Positions 12,232 to 39,879 of a stretch of DNA of 64,000 nt are shown here, piece by piece. How positions within the stretch are numbered: position 1 is the first letter of the stretch; every line of letters starts with the position of its first letter. A model generated the notes under the pieces. That model ran no database searches, was not told where the DNA came from, and saw nothing but the letters and a program-made list of their open reading frames with translations. A program made the translations under genes and the position numbers. Source of the DNA: Amoebidium appalachense (taxonomy: Eukaryota; Protista; Ichthyosporea); assembly GCA_963693365.1 (NCBI GenBank), contig CAVNZM010000008.1, forward strand, positions 8,002,818 through 8,066,817, given 5' to 3'.

Positions 12232-13303
12232 ATGGAACAACTATATGCATTGGCATCGCTTCACGTCGCCAATCCCACTGTCACCCCCAACACCACCATT
12301 GCCGAGTTACAAAAGCAACTCGATTCGAAGGAGAAAGAGCTGCAGGCGGCAAGACAAGATATCCAAGTTATGAAGGAAAAGGTATTGGAGGTGCAAGCGA
12401 CGGCAGAAAGAGACGCACAGATTGCTTCTGCCCGAAACATCGTGTCGTCCGAAAGGGTGCGGGATCTCGAAGACCAGGTAGTTGAGAAAGTGGCGGGAAA
12501 TTTGGCATTGCAGGCCATGTTGGAAACACAGAAGGCCGAAAATGGAAAGCTGAAGACGGAGATGGCTGAAATGAGGGAATCTTATCGCAAATCAATTGAT
12601 GAGACCACCAATCTTCTTCGGGGGTTTGAACGCACCCATACCATTCTCCCGCCCCCCCCCACAAACCGCAACATTCTCGAGTCTTCCTCGGCCATGCAAC
12701 CCCCTCCCCGGTAGTGCCGCACCCCCCCCAACCTTCTTGGGTCTTCGGTTATGCAACCCCTCCCCGGTAGTGCCGCACCCCCCCCCCAACCTTCTTGGGT
12801 CTTCGGTTATGCAACCCCTCCCTGGTAGTGTCGCACCCGCCAGGGGTAGTCGGCCCCTCATCGGTATGGCCACATACAGCACGAATATGCAATCCTCCCC
12901 CGCCATGTCCACTCCCCCTTCTGCCAATTCGATGCATATGAATCCTATCTTCGATATGTACTTGGGTTCCACGATGATCGACTCGTCACCCACAGGACCA
13001 GGGTCGCACTATCCGTACACATCCAAGAGGGGGGGGTCGGATCTTACTGGTGCACACAAACGGTCACGTTCCGGGGAGATGGATTTCGAGGCTCGAACGA
13101 ATAGTATGCTCACAGTCATGGTCCACGAGAAGACGGGTGATGCGAATAGAGGAAAAGAGAGTGGTCGGGCTGTGAGGAAAGACAAACGGGAACGAAAACC
13201 ACCCCCCAAACCGGCCCCAATCAAGGGACGGTCCAAAACGAAGCAGGTCTATGGTCGGGTCAGTGATGAAGGAGATTCTGAAGAAGAAGAAAACGATAAG
13301 TGA
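12232..13303 (+). CDS. Intronless orphan protein: N-terminal coiled coil, Pro/Ser repeats, basic/acidic C-terminus (probably one gene, frameshifted in a C-rich repeat)
   Basis: ORF 12232-12714 is heptad-rich (IAELQKQLDSKEKELQAARQDIQVMKEKV...). Overlapping ORF 12596-13303 ends in RKDKRERK...EGDSEEEENDK. The switch falls in ~60-bp repeats containing poly-C runs. Confidence 0.65.
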
Positions 13304-13648
13304 GTTGTGGTTGAGAGTGTGATTTTTTGATTCAAGTTGTTGTGTTTGTAGGGCGTCACGTCATGGTTATATTATAGTCACATGAGTGCTTGCTGTGGTA
13401 TTTTAATGTTTTATTGTTTGGTATATGGTCTTAGACCCCCATATATGTGTACAAGTTTTAGCTTTTCTGTTAACGTGACTGGATATTGGTACAAATCTTG
13501 GGTTTTCTGTTTACAACCAGTTGGATGTTCGTTTTACAAAGGTGTTTTTTTACAAAAAGAAGTCCGGTATCCGAAGTGTGTTTCAAGTGCAAGCAAGTCC
13601 CGTGCACACACAACCCTTCCTTTCTTTTTCCCCCCCCCCCCCCTCTCC

Positions 13649-13962
13649 CCTGTCATGCATGCCCCTGCAAAAGAGACCCGTGCACACACGTTCACTTTCC
13701 CTCCCTATCTTTGCACACACACACAACCCCCCCCCCCCCCCCCCCCCCTCCCTCTTCCTCTCCCTCTTTCCTGTCATGTATGCCCCTGCAAAAGAGACCC
13801 GTGCACACACGTTCACTTTCCCTCCCTATCTTTGCACACACACACAACCCCCCCCCCCCCCCCCCTCCCTCTTCCTCTCCCTCTTTCCTGTCATGTATGC
13901 CCCTGCAAAAGAGACCCGTGCACACACGTTCACTTTCCCTCCCTATCTTTGCACACACACAC

Positions 13963-13999
<37 letters not shown>

Positions 14000-14460
14000 C
14001 TCTTCCTCTCCCTCTTTCCTGTCATGTATGCCCCTGCAAAAGAGACCCGTGCACACACGTTCACTTTCCCTCCCTATCTTTGCACACACACACAACCCCC
14101 CCCCCCCCCCCCTCCCTCTTCCTCTCCCTCTTTCCTGTCATGTATGCCCCTGCAAAAGAGACCCGTGCACACACGTTCACTTTCCCTCCCTATCTTTGCA
14201 CACACAAACAACCCCCCCCCCCCCCCCCTCCCTCTTCCTCTCCCTCTTTCCTGTCATGTATGCCCCTGCAAAAGAGACCCGTGCACACACGTTCACTTTC
14301 CCTCCCTATCTTTGCACACACACACACAACCCCCCCCCCCCCCCCCCCCCTCCCTCTTCCTCTCCCTCTTTCCTGTCATGTATGCCCCTGCAAAAGAGAC
14401 CCGTGCACACACGTTCACTTTCCCTCCCTATCTTTGCACACACACACCCCCCCCCCCCCC
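13649..14460. repeat. Tandem array, 7 x ~120 bp
   Basis: cctgtcatg(t/c)atgcccctgcaaaagagacccgtgcacacacgttcactttccctccctatc... repeated 7 times with variable poly-C. Confidence 0.95.
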
Positions 14461-14462
14461 CA

Positions 14463-15575
14463 TGGCTGGCGCTGTGTGTGTGTCGTGGAGTTGTCTTCAC
14501 TTTTGCTGGCTGGCGCTGTGTGTGTCGTGGAGTTGTCTTCACTTTTGCTGGCTGGCGCTGTGTGTGTCGTGGAGTTGTCTTCTCTTTTGCTGACGCGGAG
14601 TTATCTTCTCTTCTATTGTATCCACTTTCTCTAATATACAGCGCTGGCGCTGTGTCCAGAGTAAATGTGTTTTTATTGTGTCCGGCCACTTTATAGTATG
14701 CAGCGCTTGTGCTGTGTATTGATTTCATTAAAAATCCGAGTGCCTCAGAGTGGTGTCGTACTCCGCAGCACCCGTCTTCTTATTGAAATAGTATATGACT
14801 GCATACATCAATGGTGTAACCAATAAACATGTGAGGACAATCTGACGTACACCAGATACATTTTGTTCACCTTCTCTCTAGCATTCGGTTCGGACTTCAT
14901 TAAATTGTACCAGTGTATATTTGCAACGACACTGCATATAGATATCACATAAAGAATGCCTGTGGTGACCGTGCTGTCGAACATGTACGTGTACCTCACA
15001 AAACTTTCAGTATCCGTGGAGTTGTCTTCTCTTTTGCTGGCTGGCGCTGTGTGTCGTGGAGTTGTCTTCTCTTTTGCTGGCTGGCGCTGTGTGTGTCGTG
15101 GAGTTGTCTTCTCTTTTGCTGACGCGGAGTTAGCTTCTCTTTTATTGTATCCACTTTCTCTAATATACAGCGCTAATATACAGCGCTGGCGCTGTGTCCA
15201 GAGTAAATGTGTTTTTATTGTGTCCGGCCACTTTATAGTATGCAGCGCTTGTGCTGTGTATTGATTTCATTAAAAATCCGAGTGCCTCAGAGTGGTGTCG
15301 TACTCCGCAATATACAGCGCTGGCGCTGTGTCCAGAGTAAATGTGTTTTTATTGTGTCCGGCCACTTTATAGTATGCAGCGCTTGTGCTGTGTATTGATT
15401 TCATTAAAAATCCGAGTGCCTCAGAGTGGTGTCGTACTCCGCAATATACAGCGCTGGCGCTGTGTCCAGAGTAAATGTGTTTTTATTGTGTCCGGCCACT
15501 TTATAGTATGCAGCGCTTGTGCTGTGTATTGATTTCATTAAAAATCCGAGTGCCTCAGAGTGGTGTCGTACTCCG
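14463..15575. repeat. Composite duplication with 44-bp and 134-bp units
   Basis: aatatacagcgctggcgctgtgtccagag at 14633, 15175, 15309 and 15443. The 14760-15014 segment duplicates 15570-15832. Confidence 0.85.
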
Positions 15576-15969
15576 CAGCACCCGTCTTCTTATTGAAATA
15601 GTATATGACTGCATACATCAATGGTGTAACCAATAAACATGTGAGGACAATAGCAGCGCTTAAGTACACCAGATACATTTTGTCCACTTTCTCTCTAGCA
15701 TTCGGTTCGGACTTCATTAAATTGTACCAGTGTATATTTGCAATGACACTGCATATAGATATCACATAAAGAATGCCTGTGGTGACCGTGCTGTCGAACA
15801 TGTACGTGTACCTCACAAAACTTTCAGTATCCGACGTGTTACACCCCAAAAGTGACCTTCTGAGATCTTGCCTGTGGTACAAACTCTTGATGCCGTGTTG
15901 CTCTTGTGTTTTACCAGTACCCCTCTCTCCAGATGCCGAATTTAGATTGGAATTCGTGAATACACCCAT
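15538..15969 (-). CDS. Small intronless putative membrane protein (143 aa); partial duplicate at ~14730-15010
   Basis: Hydrophobic segments GILYVISICSVIANIHW and MYLVYLSAAIVLTCLLVTPLMYAVIYYF; mostly non-repetitive sequence. Confidence 0.45.
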   Translation of the reverse strand: MGVFTNSNLNSASGERGTGKTQEQHGIKSLYHRQDLRRSLLGCNTSDTESFVRYTYMFDSTVTTGILYVISICSVIANIHWYNLMKSEPNAREKVDKMYLVYLSAAIVLTCLLVTPLMYAVIYYFNKKTGAAEYDTTLRHSDF

Positions 15970-16104
15970 GTGATTGGTCAGTGGTTTGGCACCAAGAGAT
16001 TAATTGATATGCCATCAACCAGTCAACAAAAAGTACTCGCTTTTACTTTTTGTCTCACTTCACCCCAATCCAAGAACAGTGCACACCAAAACAAAACACT
16101 AGAA

Positions 16105-16587
16105 ATGGGAGACGCACTTTTGTGCCCCGATTCGGTTGACCCCGAACGATGCCCTGCATTTGCACCCTCAAAAAAGGCCCAGTGCAAAAACAAAAAGGAA
16201 ACATGCCCATACCACAAGGACGGCTTCAAGCCCTGGGTATGCTTTGCCCCTGCCACCGGTGTCCTCCTCTACAGCGACAACACCATCAACATCCTCCACC
16301 CCCACAAGGCCGGGGACTATGCTCATGCAAACCTCCTGCTGGACGACCTCCTGGCCGCCTTTACAGTCGCAGAAATGCAGCGCCCTCGCACCGAGCGCGC
16401 CGGGGTACCCGTGCCAACTGTGTCCACTCCGGATCCACCCATGGGTGCACCACAGCCACCGGTTGTAGCTGCGGCAGTGGGTGTGGGCAGGGAAAATGGG
16501 TACTGCCAGGGCAAAACCAAGGCTGGCAATCCCTGCAAAAACAGGGTGAAATCTACGACCCATTGCCATAAGCACACGCCCAAATAA
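16105..16587 (+). CDS. Small protein with two DUF5763-like CCCH zinc fingers
   Basis: C-terminal CQGKTKAGNPCKNRVKSTTHCHKH and N-terminal CPAFAPSKKAQCKNKKETCPYH. ATG at 16105, intronless, with AATAAA overlapping the stop. Confidence 0.7.
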   Translation: MGDALLCPDSVDPERCPAFAPSKKAQCKNKKETCPYHKDGFKPWVCFAPATGVLLYSDNTINILHPHKAGDYAHANLLLDDLLAAFTVAEMQRPRTERAGVPVPTVSTPDPPMGAPQPPVVAAAVGVGRENGYCQGKTKAGNPCKNRVKSTTHCHKHTPK

Positions 16588-16619
16588 AAAAACCAACCCT
16601 GTTCCTCCTTGTCGCCCCC

Positions 16620-16812
16620 TGCCCCCCTGCCCCCCCTGCTGCCCGGAACCACGCCCCCAGTGTCGTGGCTTCTGCCTTTATTACGCAAACAGCCGCACAA
16701 CCAACATACATATGCACACACAACATTTATCCCCCCCCCCCCCCCTGCCTCCCTGCACGTGTGCCCCCCCCCCCCCTGCCCTCTCCCCCTCTCCCCCCCC
16801 CCCTCTCCTCCC

Positions 16813-16846
<34 letters not shown>

Positions 16847-17200
16847 TGCCTCCCGGAACCACGCCCCCAGTGGAGTCTCTTAGTACACGTGACCATGGCC
16901 ATATGCATACACAACATTTATCCACGCCGTGAGTGGCTCCCCAGTCTCCCCTGCTCCCCTGCTCCCCTGCCCCCCTGCCGTCCCCCTGCCTCCCGGAACC
17001 AGGCCCCGGCGCAGTGCCAGTGAGTGCTCACGTGCCTCCCCTGCCTCCCGGAACCACGCCCCGGCGCAGTGCCAGTGAGTGCTCACGTGCCTCCCCTGCC
17101 TCCCGGAACCACGCCCCGGCGCAGTGCCAGTGAGTGCTCACGTGCCTCCCCCTGCCCCCTGTCCCCCTGCCTCCCGGAACCACGCCCCGGCGCAGTGGCA
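16620..17200. repeat. GC-rich repeats, including 4 x ~55 bp in tandem
   Basis: ccctgcctcccggaaccacgccccggcgcagtgccagtgagtgctcacgtgcct at 16984-17197, with partial copies at ~16634 and ~16843. Confidence 0.85.
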
Positions 17201-17442
17201 GCTATTTTTAGATATAGAGATTCCATGGCCACATGGCCAGATAGCCAGATCGTTTTGGCTCCCGTTTTATCCCGTTTTATCCACCTTTTTCACACACTGA
17301 ATTTGACCTGGCCATCTGGCCATCTGGGTAGAGACCGTTTTCTGTTCTAATATTGGAGAACTGTCTGATAGTGATAGAAAATGTCATTCGAAGAACAATC
17401 GGGAAACCCCGTGGTGTGACAACCAATCAGAATGAAGCAATA

Positions 17443-17809
17443 TTGGGATATTCGGGTTGGTTGTAAGGTTTTCCGGGTCGGGCCGAAGGCCCTAACGGGC
17501 CACAGGCCCGTCTATTGGGCCATAGGCCCTAGGCCGCTAGGCCTGGGGCGCGGGGCGCCGGGGACCGGGGGGCTCGACCCGGCCCGCGGGCCACCCCCGG
17601 CCCGGCCCGGCCCGGGGTTAGCAGAATCTGCTAACCCCGGGCCGGGCCGGGCCGGGGGTGGCCCGCGGGCCGGGTCGGGCCCCCCGGTCCCCGGCGCCCC
17701 GCGCCCCAGGCCTAGCGGCCTAGGGCCTATGGCCCAATAGACGGGCCTGTGGCCCGTTAGGGCCTTCGGCCCGACCCGGAAAACCTTACAACCAACCCGA
17801 ATATCCCAA
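17443..17809. repeat. 367-bp near-perfect palindrome (183-bp arms, 1-nt centre at 17626)
   Basis: ttgggatattcgggttggttgtaagg... pairs with ...ccttacaaccaacccgaatatcccaa; centre gttagcaga-A-tctgctaac. One mismatch seen (ggctcgacc vs ggtcgggcc). Confidence 0.97.
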
Positions 17810-18549
17810 ATCGATGATCGATCATTGGCAATGGCCAGGGCATTGAAAAGCCCCTGGGTTCGTACGTGATGATTGTTTGTTGGTCCTGTAGATTATTGTA
17901 GGCTGCCTGGTGAAAGAGTGAAAAACGAGGAAAAATTTCGATTAATAAGGAAGCCGCCATTTTTAAGTGGAGACGAGAACATAAAATTAAAATGTGGAGT
18001 CATTGTGGACTGAGAAGTTTGAGCTATCTCAGCCGGATTCTAAACCCCGCCCACCGGCATGGCCAAAATACCAGAACAATACCCCTGGGGGACAGACATT
18101 TTCAAAATTTCAAATGCTTCTCAAAATGTTGACATCGTTATTACATATATTAAAAAGGTTGTAAGTGTACATGTAAGAACGATTAATTTATCAAGTGTGT
18201 TAACGTTAAGCGGAAGTTATGTATATAAAGGCTGATAGTCATCATCAGTACATAAAAACTATAGATTCAAAATTCTGTATCAGTTTTAGAATCCCTGCGT
18301 TCGTGAAAAATTGCAAGACCTGATTCAAAAAAATCCCCCACTCGAGTCATTTTGGCGCACCGGAAACCGTTGCTGATCAGGCTGCAATCAACCGATGAGC
18401 CGGCTCGCTGGGCCCCTCCAGAAGCATCCACAAAGTGCCAGCGAGTATATTCTATTTTTTTCGTTTGTTTCAAGGAACTGTGGAAAGGTTTTCCTGTTTT
18501 CCTCACGATCGAGCGTTTCCTGTTGACGCTAAAGCATAGATAGGTAGAT

Positions 18550-18940
18550 CTAGGACAAGAGAACAGGGATGAAAGGAGAACGTGCAAGGAGAACAAGTGT
18601 GACTTGGAAGCAAGGAGAACATGTTGCAAGTGGACGTAGGTGCAAGGAGAACATGTACAAGTGACCTTGGGATGCCGATGATCTAATAATGGTAGCCTGA
18701 GGAGCAGAAGTGAGCGTAGATGCAAGGAGAACACGTGCACATGTGGCTGCAAGGAGATCTAGAACATGTATACAAGTGAACAAGGATGCATGGAGAATAA
18801 GAGTACATGGATTCTAGAACAAGTGAACCTGGATGCAAGGAGAACAAGTGAACATGCCATTGGATACAAAGAGAACAAGTGAACATGGATGCAAAGAGAA
18901 CAAGTGAACATGGATGCAAAGTCTTGAACAAGTAAACCTG
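18550..18940. repeat. Degenerate short-unit satellite
   Basis: Many variants of tgcaaggagaacaagtgaacat. Confidence 0.75.
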
Positions 18941-19374
18941 ACAGTGTATTTGTGAGAAATCCTGGATCCCGAAGAGTACGAGCCGAGTGACTGCACATGT
19001 GTCCATCTGAGTCTTTATGTGCACGGGTGTGTGTCGAGCAGCAGCGGTCAGACTTTTGGGTGTGCGGGTGGGTGTCTGCGTTCGGAAGTGCCACGCAGGC
19101 GGCCCCCCAGGGGGGGGGGGGGGGGGGGAGGGGAGGCTTGGGGTTTCTCTCTTTCTTAATTTTTTTTTTCCTTTGAGCGGCCCCAATGGCCCCGGGGGAG
19201 AGGGGGGGGGGGGGGGAGAGGGGGGAGGATCTCGAGGAGGTTAACAGGCAAAGTGGAAAGTAGTGTTACTCGTGTGTGTGTGCACGGTAGTTAAACTTTA
19301 TGTATGTATGATGTGCCAAACTGGGTTTTGCAGTAGGTAGGCCCGTGAGGTGGGAGGGGGGGGGGGGGAGAAGA

Positions 19375-19430
<56 letters not shown>

Positions 19431-19712
19431 GCAACAGGCAGGTAGCATTGGAATAAAGGGTGATAGTACAGACATGAAACGTGTCTTTTAGTAGGTGACT
19501 TGACTCTACAGGTACCTGACCTGCAAGTGTAAGCTGCCGGGCTAGGCAGAGCAAACATGTACAAAGATCTGAAAAATGTGTATCTGGGTTCTGAAAATGT
19601 GTGTCTGTGTGCTATCGTGTGTAACTGCTGCACGATGGCGAAATGGCACAAATTTGCTAATTCAGTGCATGAATGCCGTTCATTGTGCGACTTCTGTGCT
19701 TGCATGTGCATG

Positions 19713-19786
<74 letters not shown>

Positions 19787-20017
19787 TGAGGATCCATATA
19801 ATTACACGAGTTACAGAAGCCTGAAACTGTGCATCCATGCACAGGCAGGTCACATCTTTCGACTCTGCATTCCCAACATCTACGGGGCCGTTACTATGTA
19901 TAGACCTCCAACCTACGCCCCACCACATGTTCACCACGTCTGCTCTCCTTGTAATTACTTACAAAAACAATCATAACAAACAGTTTTTGTAGTGAGGAAG
20001 ATATTAAAAGTGATGTT

Positions 20018-37879
<17,862 letters not shown>

Positions 37880-39879
37880 GGTTGTGTCTGTGTGTGTGCG
37901 TGCCTAAAAGCTAGCTAACCAAGGCGACTTTGACCCACTGGAAAAGGCCACACAAAACGTAAGACCAAGCCGACTGGGAATGCAGACTAAGCCCACGTAA
38001 CCGCAAGGATGGGCGGCCTTGTGCAAAACGCCCTCTCCTTGCCTCTCTCCCTCAAAATGTAACCTAAGGCACTTCTATTGTAGGGGTTAAACGAGTGTTT
38101 TGTGTCGCTATCCTGTTTCGTTCCCGGTGGAGGCCACCGTTCTGTAGCCTACATTGATGTCACCCATGACCGACTACTTTCAGCTCATTTATCAAAATCA
38201 TGACTGATATTGACGTCCAAAAATGACGTCAATGTTCAGAGACTATCTTCGCGCCAAAATTTCTTGCTGCCCTTATGATCATGAGGTTTGGCTGGAGTCG
38301 AGTGCACGTGAGTGCAGGGCTCAAGAATGTGTGCTTGTGCCATGCAACACTACATGTACAAGAATTTGAAGCAGTCTGTGCTAACGTCAGGTAGGCTAGA
38401 GGTCCGTAAGGGTATAAGAGCTGACCCTTTGTGTGGGTGGAGTAATATATTAAACGACGGTAGGCCTGTATCATTGCGTGAATAACAAATTTCTTATCGG
38501 TGGTAAAATACGTCAGTGACCGATATGCCTGTTAACTTACTGGTGAAAGACCTCTCTACACCAGGCAGCTATCCAGGGCCCAAACCGGGCAAGGCAAATC
38601 AGCCCAAAACAGAAGAAGTAGGTGGCCAAAGCCACAGGCGAACACGGTGTTGTTGTCGTCCTACGGTTAGACGCTTTGGTGTGCTACTAGTATGTTGATG
38701 GTGGTTGCTGTTGTTGTTTGGATAGGTGGGCGGGTGGGTGGGTTGAGGGGGGGGGGGGGGGGGGGGGGGAGGATGGGGGGGATGGATGGGGAGAACGGGG
38801 GAGGGGAGGGCGGGGGGAGGGGAGGGGTGAGGGCAAGCACCACTTGCAAAGTCTAGTTCTAAAGTTTACCCATTTCGAAGAAGGAGAATTTTGATGAAGC
38901 TGTGTTGTCATTCACTATAGTACTGTTTTTTGAATGCTTTGGTTGCAACGTGTGTACTCACGTGTGCGCGGGCTGATGATGGGTGAGGTTACATTGGATG
39001 CCTCCTTGCGCACCTGCACATGTATAACATATGCCCAATGTGTGTGTTGCATTTCATTTTTTGAATCATCAAGTGGCTGTGTGTGCCACTGCACCCATTT
39101 TTTGTCCCGAAATGATGCCTGCATTTTGCAGAACCTTTCTTTTCAATACAAATAGTTCACGACGGGTCTGTTAGGATGTGGCAACTACCAAACGCAAACC
39201 TGGTCGCGCTTCTGTTGCTCCCGATGCGTTGCATGGAATGCGAATGGATCCCTCCTTAATTAAAGGTGAATGCAACGTCAACAACGGGTGGCCTAAAAAT
39301 TCTTATATGGATGCATGGTGTGTGTGCCCGACGTTGGGGGCGCAGAGGTGTATTTGGTAAATGGGATCACCGTGGAAGGTCCAAGTCTCTGGAAGAGGTA
39401 AACTGAGTAGAAAGTTGTATACCCACGCAAACACGAGCAAACACGTGCGCACATGCATGCACACACATACACACACAGGCTTCCACGCACGCACACAAGA
39501 ACGAACGCACCCAGGCACACAAGCACATGCATACACACACACACACACAAGCATACACACTCAGACACACACGCACACACACCACACAAGCGTACGCACC
39601 CATATTACACAGCCACACGACACACACACGCACGCGCGCTCACACACGCACACTTACACACGACTAGACTGCACGCACACACGCACGCACGCACGAACGC
39701 ACACGCTCAAGCAGGCACACGTACACATCTTAGAGTGCCAGGGAAAGATGAGTGTGAGTGTGCACTACAAAATAGTTCCTCAGCCCTCTGCCAGTCCCGG
39801 CACTAGTGGTCATGGGGCAACTTTGCGCGCTCAACTTTGATTGCATATTTTCACTCTTTACCGATTGACTAGATATGTT

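Noticed and set aside
17432-17740. 102-aa ORF across the palindrome
   Set aside because: A by-product of GC-rich symmetric sequence.
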